A stretch of 64,000 bases of DNA from Schmidtea polychroa (taxonomy: Eukaryota), in assembly GCA_044892525.1 (NCBI GenBank), contig CM097885.1, positions 187,612,001 to 187,676,000 on the forward strand. The letters are read 5' to 3'. Position 1 is the stretch's first letter; the number at the start of each line of letters is the position of its first letter. Made by a program: the position numbers and the translations under genes. Shown here one piece after another: positions 38,612 through 52,026 of this stretch. The notes below the pieces were generated by a model. It was not told where the DNA came from. It did not search any database and worked only from the letters and a program-made list of their open reading frames with translations.

Positions 38612-41600
38612 TTTCGCTACTTCTAAAATCAAAAATATAAATACCATTAAAAATAAAATTAATAATTCATTATATAAGTTTATAAAGCATTATATTTAAA
38701 ATCAATTTTGGTTAATTTTAATTAAATTTGAAATGCGACAATAAAGTACATGGAAGTTTGTATTTTAAACAAATGAAATATTTTAATTACATAATTTCAT
38801 AAACATTGTTTGGTTGCCTGCTTCTAAGTAGTAAGGTATATAATTTAAATGACATAAAATAAAACCACATAACTATATGTTTGATTTTGTCTTAAAATAG
38901 GTTTTTAAACTATCAAACACAATCTTCTTTATTATATATATAGGTGTATTCATTTCATTTTCAACAAATATTATGCTGAATTCTATTTTTGTGATTTAGT
39001 AGATCAAAATCTTCTGCTGAATTTGTATTTTAAATAAAGTTTCAAGATTGTTTGATTTTTGTCGTTAAAAAGTGAATATATGGAATCAGAATAAAAATAT
39101 TATTCCTACGAAAACATTAATAAACCCATAAATATATAGGGATTATCATTTATCTAGAAATATCTTATTTAATGACTCTGTAGCATATACTGACCTATAT
39201 ATAACTTAGGTTAATAACAGAGTTTAATAACTATTCGTTTCAGTAATGTACAATTACGAATTTGCAATGTCATTAAATTATGTAACCAACTTTTATACGC
39301 AATAAATGTATTTATGGGCATGTGTGGATTCTGGCTTATGCATTTATTTTTATCCTCATTTTTTGGACTTGAATTCCTAAAGTGGTATTGAATATAACTC
39401 ATGAGCTGGTTGTGTCTCATGATCTCCATTTTGTATGAGTAACTATTTGTTAGGATCCTTCTCCACTTGTGGGAGTGCAAACTTCCTGCGAAATATATGA
39501 TAAAATATTCTTTCAAAAGAACGTTTGAAGGGTATTACAAATCGGATAGACATCATGAGCGGTCTTGAAATTAATTATGTCATGAAATATGCATTTTTCA
39601 TAAAGATGAAAAACACGAATATGCTAAAAACTTTGTGGAAACAGATATTTTGGTTAAACTAGCATACTTTGAAAAGTTACATGCATTATCTCCATTGTTT
39701 TTCATTCTCTAAATAGACTACTCAAGTAAAAGTTTTCAATTTTATTTATTATTAAAAAAGTCAGTTACTTACTTAATCAATAGAATAATTGGTAAAAAAT
39801 AACCAACGTTTATTCTCATCAGTAAAACAACAGATAAGCAAAAGCATCAAGTTTACTAAAAATTAAAATATAAAAATGTCTTTCAAACACTAAATTTATC
39901 AAAAATCAGATAAAATAAAAAATGAACATAAAAATAAAATTAAAATAATTACAAAAGAACCAAGTTCCACGCGAAATTAAACATAACATTATCAACACAG
40001 GCCACAGGGAGATTACCGATGAACGGTGTAGTAGGAACCACTCACTCCTCGTAGGTCAATATTATTCTTGTAGCTTATATGGGTAGCTATGAACCGAAAA
40101 AGGTTTAGAGATTTTAATGCATGAAAATGAATTTATTTTTTGCTAACAAAAGAAAGCAAAAATTCAATTCAAAACTTTAATCGCATAATGAAAATTCTAA
40201 TCTACATAGGCATAATACTAATACAAATTTCGACTTCTTCATGTTGGCACAAATTCAGAAAAATTTGGTCTATCCAAAACAAATTTGAATTATTTTAATT
40301 CTGATTAGATTAAATTGAATTTGAATTTTTATCAATTTTAATGGCGTTTTTTTGTAATTTATGATTTATCTTATTTTCTTATTTTTATATTTAATTTAAT
40401 TCTAATTCATTTCGACACCATGATGACTATGGCCATTTTTTAGAATATTCTATGCTACTTTAATAATTTTAATATATAATTTCTATTGCTTTAAATTTTT
40501 GTTATTTTATTTTAGTTTTTGGTAATTTAATTTCTAAATGTTTTATATTTTACTTGACTTCAACTAGTTTGGGGCGGCCATAATTGATTTTGCCATTTCA
40601 TAGAATATTCTAGCATTTCTTATCATTTCTATTATAATTTCGACTCCTAATTCATTTTTAATGACATTTTGTGGAAATCTTTTTCATTTCCACTACATTC
40701 TCTTATCGTCATTAACTCGCATTTGTTTATTTTCAGTTATTTATCAATGCTATGCTTGAGTTTGTTTCGTGCAATATTACTTGCTCTTGTTCTTGTTTTA
40801 TTTACCCAAAACGATACTTATGCAATTGGAGACTAGCCCCATGTTCCTCGAAGCGCTATTACTACTATTTTAAAACGTATTGTACAAGACAGCAGCATTG
40901 TAAAATGCAAATAATAATATTCTCTTTACGTTATAATTTAAGAATCAATAAATTAATGATAAATTAAAGAACAAAAAAATGATTAAATTAAGAATTTCCA
41001 GATTTTCAGGAAAGGTCGAATGAGTTTTGTTAATTTTTTAATTTGAATTTTATGTTTTATATTATTAGCCACATATAATTATTTTATTTATCCATTTTGG
41101 AAAAATGGCTAATATATATGAAATAATGTTTTAGGTTTTTTTCCAAATTTGTAAATTATAAAGTTTTAATATTCATAATAACCATTTAAAATGAAATTCG
41201 TTTTCATACTTAATGTTTTTTTCTTTATTTTCTTGACAACTCATATTTATAAAAATTGAATTCAGCAATATCTTTAGTGTAGAATTCTTAATTTTAATTT
41301 GCCACTTTTTCCCAAATAATAAAATTCGAAGTTTTTATTCAATTCCATTTCTACGTTTTTTTAGTTTTAAGCATGAATTACTTTAATTAGGTTCTTTGAG
41401 AACCCTGAAAATTTTTTAGCAGATATAACCTTGAATTCCTTAAAAATAACAATCAATAAATCTCATAAATATAAACCAAATCGAGTGAAATAAGTATAGC
41501 TACAAAGCCGTAAAACGATAACGCAAGGGAGTGCCTAATTGCGCAAAAGCATGAGATAATCTATTTAAATTACTTTTACAGTTTGGATTTAGTCTAACGG

Positions 41601-43367
41601 GAAGTGCGATTAAAGTGCTTTGTAATAAATCCTTAGTTAGTGAATTATTTTCTTCATTAATCTACAGTTAAGGATTGTTACCTTCTATCACTAACTTTAA
41701 CTCATAGGAAATCTTGCTAACATAATTTTGAAAGCAAAGTTCAAGGTGACGGCCATTTTCTATCTGACGCACATTTCCAAAATTTTTATTTATAGTCTTG
41801 TAAACATGCTTACATTATGAATATTATAGCAAAGTCGTTCAGGCATGAATTATGCTTAAACAATTGCGCCGTTGTAATATTTCAACAATAATCAGCTTCA
41901 ATATATTTTAAAGGCTGTAAAATTCTTAATATTTAGTTTTTTCAGAATTACCATTTTTCTTACTTTTTGCGCTTGTTCTTTTTAATTTGTTAATTTTTTA
42001 AAATTTTTATTTCTCCGGATTTTTGTGTTATTATCCTACACCAATGTATTTCCAGACAGATTTTGCCTAATTTGTTTTCATTTTTTCAATTTAGGATTAT
42101 TTATTTACTTTAAAATTTACTAAATTAAATATTTGAAATAATTTTGTTCATTCTTTATTTTCCACCATTTTGAGTAATTAGAATAATAATTTTAGAAAAT
42201 CAGATTTTTGTTATTGTTTGGTTGTTTTATATGGTTCAGTAGGATATTTCAGAGCCTAACTTCACGTACTCTTGATCAAAGGAATGACTTATCAGAAGTT
42301 ATATAATTAATATTAATATTTTACTTTACTTAACAATCTCTCAAATTCTGCCATTAATTTATTAGATTGAGAGGCAGGTAACCTTATGGGACCTTATATT
42401 TTTGTCTTCAACCAGAAAAGCAATTTATCTAAGTCGAGAACTCTTTAAGTAGGAAACTATGGTCTCGTTAAAATTTCCATTAAATTATCTTCTCACAGGG
42501 ATTTCGAATCAATTTGATTTTAAATTTATTTTGCTTGGCAGGTTGACGTTTCGTTTGTTAAGCATGAAGCTTTTCATCAAATTTATGTTAATTAATTAGT
42601 TTGTATTCCTTTAAAACGTTTTGTGGATCCCTAAACAATTTTATATTAGTATATTCATGCTCATTTCATTATTTGTAATTCATGTCCTCCCAAAATATTC
42701 ATTTTTAATTAATATTGCCACTTCAATTTTTATTCTATGAATTTTATTACAATGAACTTTTTATTATTTTGCACACATTTGTGTGTATTTAAATTTTATT
42801 CTATTCTAATATAGACAATCCCTACAGTATGTTTTTATTTAAAATGTAATTTCAGTGCAACATCTTGATTTACAGTCGATTTATTTGTAATTGTTTTGTA
42901 ATGAAACTTTACTTATTTGTTTTCATTTTAAATCAAACTTTTATAAATTAAATTTCCTCTGCTAACAACTTCATGGTTAGTAAGTATCCGCTAAACGTTC
43001 TAACCATTTTAAAACTAATTTTCATAGATCCTCCTTATTATTGTCCAAGCTTGTTTATATTTGTGTTGAAAATTCAAAATTTTCAATATCTTTATTTTTG
43101 GCAATTTTTAGAGAAATTATGCATCTATTTGATAATTTATCAATATTTAAATAATTTTTTACTTTTTGTACTTTGAAATTTAATTATTCTGCATGTACTA
43201 ATTTAGAACATTTAAATGGGTATTTATATATTTTAAATGGAAATTCGTTTGATTTTTTAAATATAATTCATATTTATTTGTTTAATGAATATGAATTCAA
43301 GGTCAAATATTAAGATATTATTTTTTTAAATTTATTCTATTTTAATCTTTTTCGATACATTTCTTCA

Positions 43368-45208
43368 ATGTATCTTTTAGTTTTCTCTCTCAATTTCATT
43401 TTATTATTAACTTCGTCAGTTTATTCTCAAAACATGATTCAATATGAAAATCAATGTAAACTATCAACTAAACTAATGAGTGAATTATTATCAAATATTA
43501 CAAGTTGTTTGATTGTGAATGCGGGACCAAAATCAACTTGTTTAAATTGCAATTTTAATTATAACAAATTTTTGATGGAAAAAGCAGAATTTGATAAAAT
43601 AAAGGCAGTTAATGGAATGAAGTGCGTCGATGCACTCGGAACTTCTGATAAATATAAAGTTAATATTTTTTCATAATTTTCAAATTTATAATTGACATTG
43701 ATTATTTTTTCAGTTAGTCTCTAAAATGTTGACAAATATGACAAGTGTTTGGAATCATTCGAATTGTCAATTCTGTTTTGCAAATTCAACATCTTCTCAC
43801 TATGATTCATTAGTAGCTGAATTTGTTAGAAAGCATCAAATTTTTATTGATTGCTTACAGAAATATACTAATTCTAATATTTCTTTATGTGATAGTACAG
43901 ATTTCCCATATAATAATGCTTCGTATAACACAACAGGCTGTTCTGATTGTTCTGTTAAATACAATGATATGTTGAAGTAAACATTTTATTTTCATTTTCA
44001 GTAATTTTATTATTTCAATTTAAAAAAATAATTTATATTTTTAATTTATTCAAATGAAATGAAATTTTATATTATTATACATTTTTAAAGTATTTTGCAA
44101 TTCATTTGTTAGCGATTATTTGCGATATTCTGAATGCATTTTTGAGATTGGGTAAAATTTGAATTTTAGGTCCCACGCATGAGGCAAATAACCTCTGCTT
44201 TGAATGAAAATGAAATAATAATAATAATTAATATAATAATGATTACTTTATTATTATTTTACAAATATCTATTTTTTATTATTGTACTTATTTATTATTA
44301 TTATTTTATAAAATATTATATTTTTTATTATTATTTTATAAATATTTATATATATTATTATTATTCATTATTTTATAAAATATTATATTTTTTATTATTG
44401 TAAATATATTATTATTATTATTATTATATGTAAAAATTTTTTTAATTTTTTGTAAATATTTTTTATATATTATTTTTATTATTATATGTAAAAAAATTTT
44501 TTTATTTTTTTGTAAAATTTTTTTTTGTAAAAATTTTATTTTTATTATTTTATAAATATTTATATTTTTTATTATTATAATTCTCTATTAATATTATTAT
44601 TTATTATTATTTATTATTTTATAAAATATTATATTTTTTATTTTTTTGTAAATATTTATAGTTTTTATTGTAATTATTTGACAAAAATTTCTAATTTTGT
44701 AATAAAATAATTGCAAATAAATAAAATTTATATTTGTGACAATTTTAGAAATTATTTGGATTTACGCAAAGACAATTTATCGGAAGTTTGTGGAGATGTG
44801 GAGAACTTGTTGCTATGTGCCCAATCAGCGTATGAAGTGCATTTCCAATGTCCCAGATCGAACCCGAGCTTCATGAATCTGTGGCCGATTATTGCAATCC
44901 TTGCAGCTACCCTCCTGTTCTACAGCTGCTCGACAATCTGCCATGAAACCAATCAAATACAAATCTACAATCAATCTCGAGTTGTTGCTTGTTTCGGGCC
45001 TGAAGGCAATTCGATGTTCGGAACATCTCTCACGTCTCAGATGCACCAGGAACAGCAGCACAGTTCCAGCATCCGATTGCCGCCTCCTTATAATCCCAGT
45101 TATGAGTTCGACAATGAGAATTCATTGGAAAGTCCACCAAAAATTACCTCATCGTTTCTTTCTTTTCCGGTGAAACCTGAAATCAAATCGTTCTCTATTC
45201 AGGACTGA
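43368..45208 (+). CDS. OSTM1: Osteopetrosis-associated transmembrane protein 1 homolog, 337 aa; exons 43368-43658, 43714-43976, 44749-45208
   Basis: Signal peptide; Cys pattern ITSCLIVNAGP..CLNC, WNHSNCQFC, CSDCSVKY, VCGDVE, HFQC; many N-X-S/T sequons; single C-terminal TM segment; splice phases consistent (0, 2). Confidence 0.88.
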
Positions 45209-45320
45209 TTGAGTGCAAATATCTATTTATTGTGTTGTTGTTTCTATTGTGATTATTTCTATTTTTCTTAGATATAGTATTTGTTCAATATCATTTCGGC
45301 CTGTAAATTTGGATTTCGTA

Positions 45321-45789
45321 TTTTTGATTTGAATAAATATTTATTTGTTTTTATTTCACTTAATANNNNNNNNNNNNNNNNNNNNNNNNNNNNNNNNNNN
45401 NNNNNNNNNNNNNNNNNNNNNNNNNNNNNNNNNNNNNNNNNNNNNNNNNNNNNNNNNNNNNNNNNNNNNNNNNNNNNNNNNNNNNNNNNNNNNNNNNNNN
45501 NNNNNNNNNNNNNNNNNNNNNNNNNNNNNAGTAATGATAATTATAAATTATAATAAATNNNNNNNNNNNNNNNNNNNNNNNNNNNNNNNNNNNNNNNNNN
45601 NNNNNNNNNNNNNNNNNNNNNNNNNNNNNNNNNNNNNNNNNNNNNNNNNNNNNNNNNNNNNNNNNNNNNNNNNNNNNNNNNNNNNNNNNNNNNNNNNNNN
45701 NNNNNNNNNAATTATAATAAGTGTTTTTGATTTGAAAAAATATTTATTTATTTTATTTCACTTAATAATAATTATAAATAATTATAATA

Positions 45790-45830
<41 letters not shown>

Positions 45831-46213
45831 CAATAATAAAATATAATAATAATAATAAATAATAATAATTAATTATAATTATAATAATTAGTAATGATAA
45901 TTATAAATTATAATAAATATTAATAATAAATTATAATAAATAATAATAGTAATAATTAATAATAATGATAATAAATATTTTTGATTTGAAAAAATATTTA
46001 TTTGTTTTTATTTCACTTAATAATAATTATAAATTATAATAATAACAATAATAATTATTATAAATTATAATAAATAATAATAGTAATAATTAATAATAAT
46101 AATAAATTATAATTATAATAATTAATAATTATAAATTATAATAAGTATTTTTGATTTGAAAAAATATTTATTTATTTTATTTCACTTAATAATAATTATA
46201 AATAATTATAATA

Positions 46214-46248
<35 letters not shown>

Positions 46249-46900
46249 TAATAAAATATAATAATAATAATAAATAATAATAATTAATTATAATTATAAT
46301 AATTAGTAATGATAATTATAAATTATAATAAATATTAATAATAAATTATAATAAATAATAATAGTAATAATTAATAATAATGATAATAAATATTTTTGAT
46401 TTGAAAAAATATTTATTTGTTTTTATTTCACTTAATNNNNNNNNNNNNNNNNNNNNNNNNNNNNNNNNNNNNNNNNNNNNNNNNNNNNNNNNNNNNNNNN
46501 NNNNNNNNNNNNNNNNNNNNNNNNNNNNNNNNNNNNNNNNNNNNNNNNNNNNNNNNNNNNNNNNNNNNNNNNNNNNNNNNNNNNNNNNNNNNNNNNNNNN
46601 NNNNNNNNNNNNNNNNNNNNNNNNNNNNNNNNNNNNNNNNNNNNNNNNNNNNNNNNNNNNNNNAATTATAATAAGTATTTTTGATTTGAAAAAATATTTA
46701 TTTGTTTTTATTTCACTTAATAATAATAATAATAATAATAATTAATAATAATAATAATAATGGTAATTAATAATAATTATAAATAATAATAGTAATAATT
46801 AATAATAATTATAATAATTATAATTAATACTAATTATAAATTATAATAAATTATAATAAATAATAATGAATTATAATAAATAATAATAATAAAAATGATA
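45321..46900. repeat. AT-rich satellite: conserved ~45-bp unit spaced by (AAT)n-type tracts, with ~420-bp higher-order period
   Basis: TTTTGATTTGAAAAAATATTTATTTGTTTTTATTTCACTTAAT recurs near 45321, 45724, 45978, 46148, 46394 and 46678; gaps interrupt the array. Confidence 0.85.
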
Positions 46901-47449
46901 ATATCAATAATCATTGGTCAATAAATTCTGTGTTGAAAAATGTTATATCAATGAATCTGTGACAGTATAGAATCTATACTATAGATACTATAAGACATCA
47001 TATTTCGTCATGTGATTGAAAACCATTTCGATATCAATATAATAAAATATAATCTGTAATTATCAATTTCTTTATGAATTAATAGAATAATTTAGAGATC
47101 TGATTGGATCTCAACCTTTAAAAATAAGTTTCAAAATTGTTGATTTGTAATTTTCATTGGCTGGTAAAAATTACCATTGAAAATTAATTATTTTAACAAA
47201 TCTTCGTTTTGGTTGTATGAGAGGTTTTTCTAAAAAAAATTTTTTTTCAGTTGGCAATATTTGTAAATATTTATTTCATTAAAGTCATGATGAATAATAC
47301 AGCCTAACTTAGAAATAACGTATATGAATATTTAATATTTTTGACGGACAGATCATTCCAAATTTGACACTTCGAATAGGACTATCGAGAATTTTCTATA
47401 TACTTATCGTGGAACAATAAAAGTTTGCAAATGTTTAAATGACGTAACG

Positions 47450-47760
47450 GAATAAAATCATTACCGTAATATTTCAGCAAAATAATAGATTATTCCTTAA
47501 CCTTGCTGACTTGCACCTGTTCCATTACATATAATGTGAAAAATTCAAAATATCCTTATCTCCATTTTCGAATTTATATCTATATGAACTATTCACAAAA
47601 AATGTTAAATAAAATAATACATTCTTTATCAATTCGTTTTGGTATATGTGAATAATATAAATACATGTTCTTTCACTACACCATTCTTTGTAGGTTACTT
47701 TCGAGTCAGTTTTAGAATGATTTGTTCATAGAAGAATATTTATCAAGTACTATAGCAGTT
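47450..47760 (-). pseudogene. Possible highly degenerate Sola2-like transposase fragment
   Basis: VTYKEWCSERT followed, across frameshifts, by H..VMEQVQ..K and YYFAE resemble the YKQW...DFAENY region; weak. Confidence 0.3.
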
Positions 47761-49929
47761 TCAAAATGGAGGTATATTCTATCTTTCTAGAGAACCGCGA
47801 AAAGTTTAATTTTTAATGAATATTGTAATTTCTATTAAAATATTTTTTACTATGAATCAGTAAAGATCTCGATGTTTATTTTTGATATTAACGAATTTTC
47901 GTCAATCTTTTTTTCCTTTTTTTTCGACATCTTTATTCATTCATAGTCAAAAAGTTTCTAATAAATACAATGACAATTGAAAATAAATCAGAGGTGAAAA
48001 TTGAAAAATGTTTTTTTAATATTTTAATTTCTGTTTACATTTATTCTTATAGTACCATATAGTACCATTATGTATGAGAAAGATAATTTTTCTTTATGCG
48101 TTTACCTCAGAACTAAAGCAGGATGAAAGTAGGATGAAATCTAAAATTATTTAATTTAAAAGCGATTAGAAATTTTGTATTAGTTGTAACTTCTCCATGA
48201 ACTGTGCAAAAATGTGAATTCTCCGTACTCAATAATTTTATTCCATAATATTTCTTTTTCGTGGGTTTCTACTTCTCCAGTTCTATCTAAATTTACATTC
48301 GAAAATGAATTTTAAAATATCTATCAATTTTTGAATCTTCCGGCGAATTTCTGGCAGACTAACACCAGGAAATATAACTCATTTCAAATTTACAAAGAAT
48401 TATTTACATAAATCAACATAGAGCTAGGCTTTAACATTGCGATAGTCCATAGTAAGTCTTTAATAGTCTATAAAATGGTTTCGCATACCAGTGAAAATGA
48501 AAATAGCACTTTCACACTGTGTAAAACGAATCATTCGGAATCAGTCATATTTCATTGTGAAGTCAAAATATATTTCACTGTACACTTTTAAAATTTGTTG
48601 ATTAAATCAATAAATTATATCTTATGTTTAATTAAATCCTGTTAAAAATTTTAACTTATTAGTTTTAACTCATTGATTCTTAACATCATTCGTTTAGGTC
48701 TGACAACGCCAACTTTTTAAGGCATATATATCTAATCTCTGTTGTTTAAGTCTTTGTAACGTTATGCATAAATGTTAGACAATTTATGTAAATTTGTACT
48801 ATCCTTTAAAAATGTGATATCTGGTGAATAAATGCTGAATAAATCAATGCAATGAGAGAAAAAATAATAAACTTTGAGTTTTAGGGTAATTCATAGGTTA
48901 TGGTAGACAGGTAATAAATTTATCTGTGTCTTTATGGCAATAATATAAATAAGCTATTGTGAACCATAAATTTATCTAAATGTAAGCCAATATAAGCCAA
49001 TATAGAAATTAATAATTTGCATCTTTTTATATTAGTTTAATTTTGAATATTATTAAATTATTTTATTAATAATATTTTAATTATATTTTATTAACAATAT
49101 TGTCACTTTGCAAATATTTTCTGAATATTTCTAAAATTGTCCTCTCACTCAATGAGATGTGATAAATTTAATGAAATACGAAAGTTTTGTGCAGAAAATT
49201 TGTGTGCAAATTGTTAAATTATATTATTAGGGAATTGGAATTTTGGGAATTTCGTGTGCAATCATTTGCATATCGTGTGAACAATAAAAGAAATTGGATT
49301 ATATTTCCTGATTTTTGTGTGGAAAATTGTTTCATGAAAATTTTAGAAATATGATAAAATTAAAATATTTTTAATATTTTTAAAATAAATTAAAATAAAA
49401 ATACTTATTTGTAATTTCTTCTGTATGAAACCAATCAAAATATTAAATTAACACACTTGCACTGGAATGACGTGATATGCGGGTCGACTGTTATCTGTAC
49501 TAGAAGCTTGTGTGATCTTTGCTAAGTTGACAGTTCAATCAATATGTTGTATATTTTAAAGCGTTAAACTTACTTTTATAAGTTAAAATAACAACAAATA
49601 ACTCCGAATTGCTTTGGATGGGTTCGCACATTAATTGACCAGTGCCGGTGGCTAATTATTTCGGTTGGACTTATATTTGTTTATAATAAATTTAAATATT
49701 TTGAAGAGAAAATTGACAAATTTAACAAATATTTAAAGAATTTATAACTTAGTACTCTACTGATTTTACTTATTGAAAATTATTATCAAAGGGATAATAA
49801 CGGACAAATCAAGTTCAAAATCCGTGGAAATGGTCTGTATTTGAAATTGTGTCGGTTTGGCAATTTTTTTATATAAATGAAATATAAATATTTAGAATAC
49901 AATTAAATTAATCGAGAAATAAACATTAA

Positions 49930-50212
49930 CCCTTTGTCTGTTCACATAGTAAATTTTTGTCTTCACCATAAGTTCACGGTAATAATTTCGTTCAAATTAC
50001 GTGAACCACATGTGATGCACAAAGTAATATTTAAAATTTTTATAAGTCAGACGTTCTGTGCATCACATGTGGTTCACGTAATTTTTACTCGTTTTTAATC
50101 AGCATCAAATTTTGTTAAAGAAAATAAGACAAATTGTGCACCACATATGATACACAAGCGTATCGAGTTAAACGTCTGTTCATCATATGTGGTGCACAGG
50201 ACAGTCAAGGGG
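49930..50212. mobile_element. piggyBac-type MITE (283 bp) with two internal hairpins
   Basis: TTAA|CCCTTTGTCTG ... CAGTCAAGGGG|TTAA; internal inverted repeats AAATTACGTGAACCACATGTGATGCACA and GTGCACCACATATGAT. Confidence 0.8.
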
Positions 50213-51944
50213 TTAAATTGCATTTCGTAAAGTTTAATTTCGAACCAATGGACAAAATCTAAGGTAAGCCATAAATGGCAAATGCGTTATTTGTAATAAA
50301 AAATGAATTTTTATTGGTTTCTATTATATAAAATTATAAACCCATTAGTATTTAATAATTTTTAATAGATGAAGAGAGTGGAGCTGAAAAAAGAAAGGAA
50401 AATATAGAGAAGTCTTAGAAATTACCAATTTGCTATTGAAAAGTAATAAAATATCCTAGAACGATCTTCCTACAACCTGAATATTGTGGAAGAAAGTAGA
50501 ATATTTGATTCTCCGAATGAAGAATTTCAGTGTAGTAAAATGAAGTTTTTACAGCTGCAGATAATGTATTTTGCATTGTAAAAGTTAAATAAATTAATAT
50601 ACTCAGTAAAAAGATATTTCGAACTACAGATAGATTTATGACAGTTCTTCGGACAGACTACGAAAATCGAAAATTTCATCTTAATTTCCTTTACATAATA
50701 TTGCAAAATGGAGAAAATGTCTTAAGATCGTCTACGCCAGTTACTGAATACAAACTACAAATAAAAAAATTGTAAGCACAATTCTGATTGCAGCCTTGCT
50801 TTCTGAGGTGACTCCACAAAAAATAAGTTTTTCAATAAAACTGAACTACTCAGAATATATGATATTATTTGAGGTGAACATATTGTTGGGTTATTATTGT
50901 TAAAGTAAGTCATTCTCACGCTCTTTGTTTTCAATATTTGTTTTAATCTTACGGGTTACCATCGTTTTGGATATGAATATGATTTTTCCTTTTTCTAAAT
51001 TTGATTTAATTTGCTTCCTTACTCCTTGATCATTTTTTGTTCAAATTTTCCACTAATTTTTTTGTACTCATTTGTAGGAATCTCTTTGTAACTTGTTGAT
51101 TCTTCTTCGAAACTGGCACTTGAGTACCAGTGTTGTTTCTTTTTATATTGGTTTTCCTCTTGTGATTTTTGTAATTAAATAATCGAATTAGCCAACAACT
51201 AAAATTTGCTCAAAGTAAAACTATTAAGCAAGCGACCTCTCGGTTATAGCTCAAAATATTTTTTCGCTAATTCAAAATTAATCAACTTTATTGATTTTAG
51301 ATGGAAGCCTAATCTTATTTTTCTATTATTTACCGCTCGCGTTCTCCATGTGGCCAATAAATAATTTATTTATTTTTAATCAATTTCAACTTTTTGAATT
51401 TCAACTTTCTGGGCATACCCCATTGATATTATATTATTAATTATGTATTTGATTCAGCATTTCCTATCCATAGATACCCGTTCCCAACTGAAATACGTCT
51501 ATTTTTAATTAATTTATTAATTTTTGGTATTATATTCATTTACATATTTAAGTTTTTCTGCACATCTAAATTTACTTTGCGCCCTAACCTAACCCTAACC
51601 GCCAACACGTTTTTATAAATAAAGATCTAAATTGTCTCTAAAATACGCTAATATCCCGATTTATGATTGAAAATATGAAAAAAATATATGTTGAATATCT
51701 CTAAGCAAGAAACCGTAGAACGCCTTGATCAGCCAAAATTGGATTACGTAATATAATTATTGAATAAACATGTTAATAAAGTTGATCAGATAACAAATTA
51801 AATATGAAATCTACAATGAATATTTTCATCTTCAATGTATTTCGAAAATTTTTTATTACATATATCAATCTGAGTGATAAAATTTAAATCATTCATGTCA
51901 CATGATGTGTTCACTCATTAATTATTATAATAATTATGATGATA

Positions 51945-51953
51945 ATAATTATG

Positions 51954-52024
<71 letters not shown>
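51945..52024. repeat. (AAT)n microsatellite
   Basis: Pure TAA/AAT run. Confidence 0.95.

Positions 52025-52026
<2 letters not shown>

Noticed and set aside
45321-46900. CRISPR-like look (constant repeat with variable spacers)
   Set aside because: Spacers are AAT microsatellite of variable length, the context is eukaryotic and no cas genes are present.
51582-51601. Telomere-like CCCTAACCTAACCCTAACC
   Set aside because: Only about three imperfect units; too short to call.
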